Counted from the first letter of the stretch, positions 11,051 to 19,166 are shown. The stretch: 41,948 nt of DNA from a candidate division TA06 bacterium (GCA_022704925.1 JAKJFK010000001.1:1-41948); one strand, 5' to 3'. A program made the numbers and translations. The notes: generated by a model not told the origin, from the letters alone.

Positions 11051-12283
11051 ATGGAGATGACCGAAAACTACCTTTCCTGGCCGGAGGGCCGGGGCCGGCT
11101 GGAAGAGTGCTTCCTGGACGAGCTGGCCGACCGATACGGGACGCCGCTCTACCTCTACAGCGAAACCGGGCTGCGCCGGCGGCTGGGCCGTTTCCGGGCC
11201 GCCTTTAAGGACCTGGACCCGCTGGTCCGCTACAGCTGCAAGGCCAACGCCAACACCCACCTGCTTTCCATCATCCGGGCCGAGGGCGGCGGCGCCGACG
11301 TCATCTCGGCCGGCGAACTGATGCTGGCCCTGGCGGCCGGTTTCGAGGCCGCCGACCTGATTATGGAGGGTCCGGGCAAGCGGCCGGATGAGATGGCCCT
11401 GGCCCTCGAGAACGGGGTCGCCTTCTTCAGCGTCGAGTCGGAGGCCGAGCTGGAGAGCCTGAGCCGGCTGGCCGCCGAACGGAAGCTCAAAGCCACCATC
11501 CTGCTGCGCCTCAACCCCGATATCGCCGCCGGCGGCCATCAATACATTTCCACCGGCCGTAAGGAGAACAAGTTCGGCCTGACCGAGGCCGAGGTGATTT
11601 CCATTTTCAAGGCGCCGGAACGCTACCGGCCGCTGCGCATCGGCGGCCTGCACCTCCACCTCGGTTCCCAGATCGACACTCCCGAACCCTACCTGAAGGC
11701 GGTCCGCGAGGCGAAGCGCCTCCACGCGAGCCACCCCTTCGAATATCTCGACCTGGGCGGCGGTTTCCCGGTCGTTTACGACAAGGAAGTCACCGAGCTG
11801 GAGCTCTTCGCCGAGGCCATCGGCCGCGAGCTGGACGGACTGCCGGTGCGGGTCATCTTCGAGCCGGGCCGCTACCTGGTGGCGCCGGTCGGTTTCCTGT
11901 TGACCCGGATCACCTACCGGAAGGACCGGCCGCACCGCCGCTTCCTGGTGGTGGATGCCGGCATGAACGACCTCATCCGCCCCTCCCTTTACGAGGCCTT
12001 CCACCAGATCTGGCCGGTCCGGAGTTCCGGGGCCGCCCCGGAGAATTTCGACGTGGTCGGACCGATCTGCGAGTCGGGCGATTTCCTGGCCAGGGAGCGG
12101 CCCCTGCCCGCGGACCTGGCCGCCGGCGGCCTCCTGCTGGTCGGCCAGGCCGGCGCCTACGGTTTTGCCATGTCCTCCAATTACAACGGCCGCCTGCGGC
12201 CGGCCGAGGTGCTGGTCCGCGGCTCCGAGAGCCGGGTCATCCGCCGCCGCCAGAATTACGAGGATTTGCTGGCGGGCATGTAA
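11051..12283 (+). CDS. lysA: diaminopimelate decarboxylase
   Basis: YGTPLYLY, the PLP-lysine context YSCKAN, HLHLGSQ, DLGGGFPV, ICESGD, about 410 aa. The start is ATG 11051 or 11057. Confidence 0.92.
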   Translation: MEMTENYLSWPEGRGRLEECFLDELADRYGTPLYLYSETGLRRRLGRFRAAFKDLDPLVRYSCKANANTHLLSIIRAEGGGADVISAGELMLALAAGFEAADLIMEGPGKRPDEMALALENGVAFFSVESEAELESLSRLAAERKLKATILLRLNPDIAAGGHQYISTGRKENKFGLTEAEVISIFKAPERYRPLRIGGLHLHLGSQIDTPEPYLKAVREAKRLHASHPFEYLDLGGGFPVVYDKEVTELELFAEAIGRELDGLPVRVIFEPGRYLVAPVGFLLTRITYRKDRPHRRFLVVDAGMNDLIRPSLYEAFHQIWPVRSSGAAPENFDVVGPICESGDFLARERPLPADLAAGGLLLVGQAGAYGFAMSSNYNGRLRPAEVLVRGSESRVIRRRQNYEDLLAGM

Positions 12284-12390
12284 AGCGCGGCGGTTTTCGG
12301 TTCGCGTCCACTCTGCGTCCGGGGCAAAAGCTACGCGACTCGGGAACGAGGACTCTCCGTGTTCGCGGCCCTGGTAAAGCGGGCCGCGCC

Positions 12391-12427
12391 CCGGATACTC
12401 ATTCCCTCGTTTCGCTTGTTTTGCACC
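12391..12427. repeat. copy A of a degenerate ~37-nt direct repeat (ccggNtactcattNcctc-N7-ttgtttt-..acc)
   Basis: Aligns by eye with 12646-12683: blocks ccgg, tactcatt, cctc, ttgtttt and acc at the same spacing, about 26 of 37 positions. Confidence 0.4.
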
Positions 12428-12645
12428 CGGACTACGCGACGCCGGTGGTTTTTACCGGCGTGGGGGTGAGAGAGGGGGGCAGTGGCCCCTTCTCGTGGTC
12501 GTATCCGGGGAGGGGGAATCAGGGGAGGGAAGCTCCTTCCCCTGAAAGCGAGCCCCGATTGCGTTTCGGGGCGTAGCGACGCTGTTCACCGAAGACCGCC
12601 GCTTAAGGGGAACAGACGAAAGACAACTACATAACGGCCCGGGTC

Positions 12646-12683
12646 CCGGCTACTCATTGCCTCACACTAATTGTTTTATTACC
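12646..12683. repeat. copy B of the same direct repeat, abutting the IS3 remnant
   Basis: See copy A. Copy B ends 8 nt before the point where transposase homology begins (12692). Confidence 0.4.
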
Positions 12684-12691
12684 ATCGCTAA

Positions 12692-12871
12692 GAAATCGAC
12701 AACACCACCGCGGAAAGATTCTTCAAGACCTTGAAAACGGAAGGAGTTTATCTATGGGAATACGGAAACCTCACAGATGTTCAGGAATGGATTCCATACT
12801 TTCTGGAGGTGGTGTATAATAGGAAACGATTGCTCTTTTCTCTGGGATATCTGCCCTCGGAGAAATTTTAA
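12692..12871 (+). mobile_element. IS3-family transposase (rve integrase core) C-terminal remnant, 5-prime truncated
   Basis: The in-frame translation is EIDNTTAERFFKTLKTEGVYLWEYGNLTDVQEWIPYFLEVVYNRKRLLFSLGYLPSEKF-stop. It matches the conserved IS3 OrfB tail (YDNA..E.FF.TLK.E......EA...I..FIE.YN..R.HS.LGY..P..F). There is a TAA stop immediately upstream at 12689, with no N-terminal part and no start codon. Confidence 0.8.
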
Positions 12872-12907
12872 AACCATCTGCTTGTCAAAGAACAAGGGCT
12901 TCGGCCG

Positions 12908-12932
12908 CAGACAGATTATTTTAATCTGCCTG
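12908..12932. repeat. imperfect inverted repeat cagacagatta-ttt-taatctgcctg
   Basis: 10 of 11 arm positions are complementary. It lies between the IS remnant and the methyltransferase start. It could be an IS-end feature, a terminator or an operator. Confidence 0.4.
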
Positions 12933-12997
12933 TCCAAATAGGTGTTCACTTCAATCCCGACTTGTTCGGCAGGCAGGAGTGTTGACACTATCGGCCC

Positions 12998-14218
12998 ATG
13001 CTAAAGAAGAGAAAAGAACCCCTGCGATATGACATGCTGGCCGACAATGAATCGGTCTATCGTGCCAGACAGAAGGGACTACTGCGGGAGTCCGTTCGGA
13101 CATACCGACTCGTTGACCTTTTCGCTGGCGCAGGCGGTCTGACGCTAGGCTTCACCAAGACACTAGGCCAGGTCTTCGTGCCGGTGTGGGCCAACGATTT
13201 CAACACCTACGCCGCCAGAACTTACAACGTTAACTTCGGGGATCACTGCACCACGGACGATATTCTGGAAATTGTCGAGAACCGAATTGACGAAATACCC
13301 AAAGCAGACGTTGTGATCGGCGGTCCGCCATGTCAGGGGTTTAGCCTCTTGAACAAACAACGAGAAGGTGATCCCCGGAAGCAACTTTGGCGGCCTTATT
13401 TTCGCATTGTAGAACGCACTGGTGCGGAAGTGTTCGTGATGGAAAACGTTCCGCAACTTCTCGGTTCTGAGGAATACGAGGAAATTGCGGAGGTTGCGCA
13501 TTCCCTCGGTTTCAAGATGGCATTTGCGAAACTGTGCGCAGCCGACTACGGCGTGCCGCAAACGCGCTGGCGCGCGTTCATTATCGGATGCAAATTCGCA
13601 CATCCGGGTAAGTTTTTCCCCCCGAAGAAAACACATAAGCGTCCTGCCGACGTAAACACAGGCATGTTGTTTTCAGAGGAATTCGATCAGTACGTTTCGC
13701 GGGCTAGACCTTGGCGAACGGTACACGATGCGATTGGCGATCTGCCACCCCCGAAGGGAACCGAAATCCGAAATGAACCACCACCACTTGACCTGCATTT
13801 CGGACGGACTCCTACGCCCATGAGCATGAAGCGTTACCTGTCGATTCCCAAGGAAGGAATGAACCGGTTCGATTTGCAGAAGCGGGCACCAGAATTGACT
13901 CCCGCTTGCTGGATCAGAAAAACGGAGGGAGGGACCGACCTTTTTGGTCGGCTTTGGTGGAATCGGCCAGCCTTCACGATCCGCACGGAGTTTTTTAAAC
14001 CGGAAAAGGGACGTTATCTTCACCCTTGTCAGCACCGGCCTATCACACACCGGGAAGCCGCTCGGCTGCAATCCTTTCCGGATTCCTTTAAGTTTATCGG
14101 ATCGAAGATCGAAATCGCCAAACAAATCGGCAATGCCGTGCCGCCCATGCTGGCGGCCCGAATTGCCGACTGCGTGTTTGCGCTACTGGCGACCAAAGAG
14201 GAAGGGGATGTCGGATAA
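12998..14218 (+). CDS. dcm: DNA (cytosine-5)-methyltransferase
   Basis: The canonical C5-MTase motifs appear in order: DLFAGAGGLTLGF (I), GGPPCQGFS (IV), VMENV (VI), GVPQTRWRAFIIG (VIII), a long variable region, QSFPDSFKF (IX) and GNAVPPMLA (X). Confidence 0.93.
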   Translation: MLKKRKEPLRYDMLADNESVYRARQKGLLRESVRTYRLVDLFAGAGGLTLGFTKTLGQVFVPVWANDFNTYAARTYNVNFGDHCTTDDILEIVENRIDEIPKADVVIGGPPCQGFSLLNKQREGDPRKQLWRPYFRIVERTGAEVFVMENVPQLLGSEEYEEIAEVAHSLGFKMAFAKLCAADYGVPQTRWRAFIIGCKFAHPGKFFPPKKTHKRPADVNTGMLFSEEFDQYVSRARPWRTVHDAIGDLPPPKGTEIRNEPPPLDLHFGRTPTPMSMKRYLSIPKEGMNRFDLQKRAPELTPACWIRKTEGGTDLFGRLWWNRPAFTIRTEFFKPEKGRYLHPCQHRPITHREAARLQSFPDSFKFIGSKIEIAKQIGNAVPPMLAARIADCVFALLATKEEGDVG

Positions 14219-14621
14219 ATTTCCACCGGAAAAACGAAGCCAGATAATGGCAAACGTCAAAGGGCGGAATACGTCGCCTGAGCGTGTTGTCAGAGGATGT
14301 TTGCGCCGGTTGCGGTGTCGATTCCGGGGAAACGTCAAGGCGCTTCCTGGCAAGCCAGATGTGGTTCTTACCGGGAGGGGCAAAGTTATTTTTGTCCACG
14401 GTTGCTTCTGGCACGGCCACAGGCGTTGTCGTCGATCAAAACGTCCGACAACGAACGAAATGTTCTGGAACAAGAAAATCGACGGCAACATTCAAAGAGA
14501 CAAGAAGGTGCGCCGCGCTCTCACTCGTTTGGGATGGAAAGTCCTTGTGGTATGGGAGTGTGGAACTCGCAATCCGACGAAGTTACTCGCGATTCTGGAA
14601 AGGTTCGTAAATGCGAGATAG
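14208..14621 (+). CDS. vsr: very short patch repair endonuclease
   Basis: MSDKFPPEKRSQIMANVKGRNTSPE...LPGKPDVVL...IFVHGCFWHGH...W..KI..N..RD...L...GW.VLVVWEC is the Vsr layout. GAGGAAGGGG Shine-Dalgarno-like sequence. The ATG overlaps the dcm stop by 11 nt. Confidence 0.9.
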   Translation: MSDKFPPEKRSQIMANVKGRNTSPERVVRGCLRRLRCRFRGNVKALPGKPDVVLTGRGKVIFVHGCFWHGHRRCRRSKRPTTNEMFWNKKIDGNIQRDKKVRRALTRLGWKVLVVWECGTRNPTKLLAILERFVNAR

Positions 14622-15543
14622 AACTAGAAAAGAAACGAACAGCACCCCCGAAGCCATTCGATGTCAGCTTGAGGAACTGATAAGCAACTTCGAACTGCAT
14701 CTTCGTGCAGGTGAGCTACGCCCTAAAGTGCTCGCCTTGGTTAGCATTTTTCAAGGTTTGAGAAACCTTGGTAAGGCAATCATTCCTCAGAAGTATGCAT
14801 CAGCAGCAAGAGATCGCATCTTGTACTACTTCCGCAAGTACCCGAATGTAATCATAAACGGTGATGAATTACTCGTCGTTTCCGGAATTCAGGAATATGC
14901 TCGTCGCTTACGCGAATTACGCATTCAGCAGGGTTGGGCAATTGCCAGCGGCGTAACAATTAAAGACATGTGCGAGACCGAATCGGACGAAGTTCCCGAT
15001 GATCTGAAGGCCATGAAGCCGGATGATTATGTGCTTCTTTGCGATACCCAAGATCGCGATGCCGCATACCGCTGGCATCTAGCCAATACCATTCGTAAGG
15101 AGCGATCGTCTGTACGCGACAAGATTCTCAAGTTCATGCGCGCAAGCGTTGGGCAAGGGGTTACTAACGAAGAACTGCGTTACGTAGCCGGAGACAAAAC
15201 GGAATGGGCTAGACGTGTTCGGGAACTGAGAACGGAATTCGGTTGGCCAATAGTTACGAAAACAACAGGCCGCCCTGATTTGGACATTGGCGTCTACGTT
15301 CTCCAAGCCGATAGGCAAAGTCCCGAGCACGATCGAACGATTCCAGACGACGTACGTAGGCATGTGATGCGTCGTGATGGTTACAAATGCACGAAGTGCG
15401 CTTGGTCCCATGCAGAATGGAATCCGTCTGATCCGAGACACCTAGAAATTCATCATGTGAAACACCATGCCAAAGGTGGCGATAATGAGGAACAGAATCT
15501 CACAACACTCTGTATAGCCTGTCACGACGCAATCCACAGATAG
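14611..15543 (+). CDS. HNH endonuclease-domain protein with duplicated N-terminal (winged-helix-like) domain; candidate restriction endonuclease
   Basis: The C-terminal beta-beta-alpha-Me/HNH motif is RRDGYKCTKCAW...LEIHHVKHHAKGGDNEEQNLTTLCIACHDAIH. Two internal repeats are RILYYFRKYPN..INGDELLVVSGIQEYARRLRELRIQQGWAI and KILKFMRASVGQGVTNEELRYVAGDKTEWARRVRELRTEFGWPI. The ATG overlaps the vsr stop by 11 nt. Confidence 0.8.
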   Translation: MRDRTRKETNSTPEAIRCQLEELISNFELHLRAGELRPKVLALVSIFQGLRNLGKAIIPQKYASAARDRILYYFRKYPNVIINGDELLVVSGIQEYARRLRELRIQQGWAIASGVTIKDMCETESDEVPDDLKAMKPDDYVLLCDTQDRDAAYRWHLANTIRKERSSVRDKILKFMRASVGQGVTNEELRYVAGDKTEWARRVRELRTEFGWPIVTKTTGRPDLDIGVYVLQADRQSPEHDRTIPDDVRRHVMRRDGYKCTKCAWSHAEWNPSDPRHLEIHHVKHHAKGGDNEEQNLTTLCIACHDAIHR

Positions 15544-15672
15544 GCGAGTCAGAGAAGCGAACAATCGGTTCCTGCGTACGGCTCACCGCCGTTGCAGAGC
15601 CGTGATGAACAGGAATCGTCCGTTAGGTTGACCTTCTCCTCCACTCCCATCCACAGTCAATCTTATCTTCAA

Positions 15673-15700
15673 TTGACAAATTACGAAAGGGGACTAAAAT
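15673..15700 (+). promoter_or_regulatory. candidate sigma70-type promoter TTGACA-16-TAAAAT
   Basis: Hexamers read directly from the sequence, about 60 nt upstream of the ATG at 15758. Confidence 0.4.
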
Positions 15701-15757
15701 ATTAAGCGTGGAAAAGGTTGAAGGCCAAAGGTTTTCGCTTGATCAAGGAGGGGGAAG

Positions 15758-16240
15758 ATGGAAGGCCAGGCGATAAAACCGACCGGCTGCTGCGATCCGT
15801 TCGATCCCGGCCCCTGGCAGGAGAAGGAGATCACCTGGCGGGAGAAGCTGTTCGTGAAGGATCACGTGACGAGTTTCCTTCACGTTCCGCTGAATATGGG
15901 CGGGAAGATAGTGAAAAACCTGGGATTGATCGAGAAGGCCAGCGCCCGGGCAACCCGGTTGATGCTGACCGACGAGAAATCCACCTGGGGTTCCGACATC
16001 TACATCGACGTCGCCCGGGAGGTGCCGGGCGCGCAGATGGCCACTATTTCGGGCACCTTCCTGACGAAGGTCTTCGAAGGTCCGTATCGAAACGCCGGCC
16101 AGTGGGCGGAAGAAATGAAGGCGTACGTGAAGGGCCAGGGCAAACAGTTGAAGAAACTCTATTTTTCATACACCACCTGTCCGAAATGCGCCAGGGCCTA
16201 TGGGAAGAATTACGTCGTGCTCTTTGCGCAGGTAGACTGA
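15758..16240 (+). CDS. conserved hypothetical protein (CC...CPKC family)
   Basis: A strong AGGAGGGGG Shine-Dalgarno-like sequence precedes the ATG. Features are N-terminal GCCDPFDPGPW, FLTKVFEGPY and C-terminal YTTCPKCARAYGKNYVVL. I recall homologs in anaerobes and methanogens annotated only as hypothetical or hydrolase. Preferred over the overlapping frame 15718..16266. Confidence 0.65.
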   Translation: MEGQAIKPTGCCDPFDPGPWQEKEITWREKLFVKDHVTSFLHVPLNMGGKIVKNLGLIEKASARATRLMLTDEKSTWGSDIYIDVAREVPGAQMATISGTFLTKVFEGPYRNAGQWAEEMKAYVKGQGKQLKKLYFSYTTCPKCARAYGKNYVVLFAQVD

Positions 16241-16287
16241 AGCGGGTCCGCCGTCAGGCGGATTGAGCGGTTGCCAGGGAGGGAAGC

Positions 16288-16602
16288 ATGTCGAAATCTT
16301 GCCGGGCCTGCGGAATGCCGCTGATCGAAAAGGAGGATTTCGCCGGGGGTAAGGAAGACGCCCTTTTTTGCCGTCACTGCGTAAACGCCGACGGCAGCGT
16401 CAAGTCCGGCGAGGAGATCTTCGAGGGCGGGGTGCGGTTTTTTATCAGCCAGCTCGGTGACGACCGGAAGCTGGCGGAGAGGATAACGCGAAAGAACATG
16501 GCCGGGCTGCCCTACTGGCAGGGCAAAAACTGCCGGGTCCTGCAGGGCGAAATGGCCACCGACGAAGAATTTGCCGAGGTTTTAAAAAAGCTGGGCGCGT
16601 AG
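16288..16602 (+). CDS. zinc-ribbon domain protein
   Basis: CRACGMP...CRHCVNADG, a CxxC...CxxC ribbon at the N-terminus followed by a helical tail. Resembles the putative zinc ribbon (Zn_ribbon_2-like) small proteins. Confidence 0.65.
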   Translation: MSKSCRACGMPLIEKEDFAGGKEDALFCRHCVNADGSVKSGEEIFEGGVRFFISQLGDDRKLAERITRKNMAGLPYWQGKNCRVLQGEMATDEEFAEVLKKLGA

Positions 16603-16737
16603 TCTGAACTGCCCGGGCCGCTTCCCGGGCGACGCAACAGCAAGAAACGCCGAATATTCGATTTGGCGAAGTTCCGTTCTTCCCCGGCTTTGCTTTCCGG
16701 AATCCGTTTCTCCCCATTTCCGACCGTTGGAGGAGCC

Positions 16738-17853
16738 ATGAAGAAGGTTTCGATCGTTTCCACCAGCAGGGGAACGGCCGCCGGACTGCAGGAGGCCCTG
16801 GACCGGCTCGGCGGCCTGGCGCGTTTCGTCACCCGGGGCGACCGGGTCATGGTTAAGCCCAACCTGAACGGCGACTGCGTCACCGACCTCGGTCTTACCG
16901 AGGCGCTTATCCGCCTTCTGCTCGATCTGGCGCCGAAGGAGGTCTTTATCGCCGAGTCGACTTTCGGTGACGCCGCCAATACCCGCTTCTTCTTCCAGAA
17001 GAGCGGGTACGCCGAGCTGGCCGGCCGCTATGGGCTCCGGCTGGTCAACCTGAACGAGTCGGAGGCCGTCGAGACGCCGGTGGCCCGGCCGCTGGCGCTG
17101 GAGAAGCTCAAGCTGGCCCGGGAGGTCTTCGAGGCCGACCGCCTCATCAACCTGCCCAAGATGAAGGTCCACTACGCCACCGGCGTCTCCCTGGCCCTGA
17201 AGAATCTCAAGGGACTGCTGGTCGGCGATGAGAAGAAACATTTTCACGACGTCGGCCTCGACCGGGCCATCGTCGACCTGAACAACACCGTTCCGGTCCA
17301 TCTCAACATAGTTGACGCGATCACCGGCATGGAGCGCCTGGGTCCGCATGGCGGCGACCTGGTCCGGCCGGACCTGCTGATCGCCGGCGCCGCGGCCTGG
17401 CGGACCGACTGCGTCGGAATCCGGGTCATGGATTACGAGCTGAAAGAGGTCGGCCACCTGGCCCGGTATCTTGAGGTCAACGGGCTCGACCCGGCGGATG
17501 TCGAACTGGCCGGCCTCGGGATCGAGGCGGCGCGCCATCCCTTCAAGAAGGTGAACATGGCCAACCTGCTGCCGCCGAATATCAGGGTGCGGCAGCGGAA
17601 CGCCTGCTGCGCCTGCCTGAACGCCCTCATCCTCTCCGGCCGATTCCTGGAGCGGCCGCCGGCCGCACCGGTTGAGGTTTGCCTTGGCTCCCTCCCGGAG
17701 GCGTCCGTGGCCGGCTGTCCGCAGATTGCCTTCGGCAACTGCGCCGTCAAAAGGTGCGGTCCGGGTCTGCCGAAGGTCGAAGGCTGCCCTCCTTATCCCT
17801 TCGAGTTGAAGAAGGTGCTGGAAAGAAATTTCAAAAAAGCCGAAGGGAATTGA
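16738..17853 (+). CDS. DUF362 domain-containing protein with Cys-rich C-terminus
   Basis: MKKVSIV...GDRVMVKPNLNG...INLPKMKVH..TGVSLALKNLKG is the DUF362 core. The C-terminal tail is CCACLN...C..C..C. GGAGGA Shine-Dalgarno-like sequence before ATG 16738. Confidence 0.8.
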   Translation: MKKVSIVSTSRGTAAGLQEALDRLGGLARFVTRGDRVMVKPNLNGDCVTDLGLTEALIRLLLDLAPKEVFIAESTFGDAANTRFFFQKSGYAELAGRYGLRLVNLNESEAVETPVARPLALEKLKLAREVFEADRLINLPKMKVHYATGVSLALKNLKGLLVGDEKKHFHDVGLDRAIVDLNNTVPVHLNIVDAITGMERLGPHGGDLVRPDLLIAGAAAWRTDCVGIRVMDYELKEVGHLARYLEVNGLDPADVELAGLGIEAARHPFKKVNMANLLPPNIRVRQRNACCACLNALILSGRFLERPPAAPVEVCLGSLPEASVAGCPQIAFGNCAVKRCGPGLPKVEGCPPYPFELKKVLERNFKKAEGN

Positions 17854-17910
17854 AAAAAGGAAATCAATTCCTATGTTACCGATTTCCAATCACTGTTGAC
17901 GGAGCAGGAA

Positions 17911-19053
17911 ATGTCGATACTGGATAACCTGCGTGAAAAACACCGGGTTAAATTGTCAGAATCGTCCAGGCGCAAAGAGATATCCTTTTCATTCCGGGAG
18001 CCGGACCGGGTCCCCATCCGGATAAGCGCCGCCGGCAGTTATTACGCTCACATGTTCGGGTACAACATCAAGGATTATTACCAGGAAGCGGATGTCCAGG
18101 TGGATACCCAGCTGCGCGGAATAGAATGGCGGTTGGAGAATCTTAAGGATGATAACACCGACACGGAAATACACCTTGACATCGGTCCGATTTCGGAAGG
18201 CCTGGTCTTCGATTGCCCGATCGAAAGGCCCGACGGGACTTCTCCACGGATCGTGCCCATTCTTAAGGATGAACATGATTTCGCGGAATTGCGGGTCCCG
18301 GACCCGAAACGTCTCAAGGGACTGGAGTGGTTGGACCGCCGGTTCGAGGATTTTTACCGGGCGGCGGCCCGAAGGGGAGTCAACCTGTCCAGAAGCGGTC
18401 CCCGGTTGAATATACACCCACCTTTGTCCGCCGCCTGCGCCATCATGGAACCCGCCCGGGTGTACTTGTTGATGGCTTTGAAGCCGAAAACCGTGAAAGA
18501 GTTGTTCGCCAAGATGTTTGACACCTTCTGCGCACTGGTTGATTATTACGACGAACGTTATGGCGTCCGGACCGAAACCCTGGGGCTTGCCAACGACAAC
18601 ACCTGTTTTATTTCCAACGCCATGTATGTCTGCCAGGTCCTTTCGTACGACAAGGCCCTGTACGAACGATACGGGTTGAAAGGCCGCTCGATGCATACCG
18701 ACGGTCCCTCGGACCATAACTTCAAGACGTTTTGCGAGGAATTCAAGCTGAACGTTATGGACATCGGCGGTTGGAGTTCCATCGACGCCGCCGTTGCGGC
18801 CATGAAGGGCAAAGTCGTCATTCACGGCGGTCTTAATTGCAAGGACGTTTACGGGTCCTTGACCGACGCGGTCAAAAGAAAGATCAGGCATGCGATAAGG
18901 GTGGCCGGACCGGGCGGCGCGTATGAATTTGCCATCGGCGGGGAAACTTATGTGGGCGTCCCCGCGGGAACGCTCATCGACCTGGTGAATTACGTAAAGA
19001 CGGTCGGTAAATATCCGTTAAGCGGCGGGACGGAATCAACTCCTGGTTCCTGA
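17911..19053 (+). CDS. URO-D family protein, paralog 3 (compositionally atypical)
   Basis: URO-D-like length and motifs (EPDRVPI near the N-terminus, MHTDGPS, VIHGGLN). GGAG Shine-Dalgarno-like sequence before ATG 17911; TTG 17896 in the ORF track is less likely. Noticeably more A/T-rich than its neighbours by eye. Confidence 0.7.
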   Translation: MSILDNLREKHRVKLSESSRRKEISFSFREPDRVPIRISAAGSYYAHMFGYNIKDYYQEADVQVDTQLRGIEWRLENLKDDNTDTEIHLDIGPISEGLVFDCPIERPDGTSPRIVPILKDEHDFAELRVPDPKRLKGLEWLDRRFEDFYRAAARRGVNLSRSGPRLNIHPPLSAACAIMEPARVYLLMALKPKTVKELFAKMFDTFCALVDYYDERYGVRTETLGLANDNTCFISNAMYVCQVLSYDKALYERYGLKGRSMHTDGPSDHNFKTFCEEFKLNVMDIGGWSSIDAAVAAMKGKVVIHGGLNCKDVYGSLTDAVKRKIRHAIRVAGPGGAYEFAIGGETYVGVPAGTLIDLVNYVKTVGKYPLSGGTESTPGS

Positions 19054-19166
19054 CGGTTCGGTTCCCGGCCCGCCGCCGGATTGAAACGCGCCCTCCGGTA
19101 CGGTTTCCCGCCTGTCAGCCGATCGTTTCAAGTATCGTTTCGCCGGCCGCCCGGTTCCGCTCTTTT

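Noticed and set aside
12165-12377. 70-aa plus-strand ORF running out of the lysA 3-prime end
   Set aside because: It is out of frame with lysA, mostly inside lysA, and biased in composition with no start context.
12284-12700. Possible tRNA or tmRNA integration target, or a riboswitch downstream of lysA
   Set aside because: I could not fold any cloverleaf or find conserved T-loop or acceptor features or a known riboswitch core by eye. The region is left as an unexplained structured junction; see the findings.
12982-12987. TTGACA hexamer as the -35 of the methyltransferase promoter
   Set aside because: It lies only 10 nt upstream of the annotated ATG and has no acceptable -10 element at 16-18 nt spacing.
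12752-12988. 78-aa minus-strand ORF in the island
   Set aside because: It lies antisense to the IS3 transposase remnant, with no ribosome-binding site and no recognisable features.
15718-16266. 182-aa ORF overlapping 15758-16240 in another frame
   Set aside because: It is Arg/Gly-rich with no motifs and no Shine-Dalgarno-like sequence. The 15758 frame has a strong AGGAGG ribosome-binding site and conserved-looking Cys motifs.
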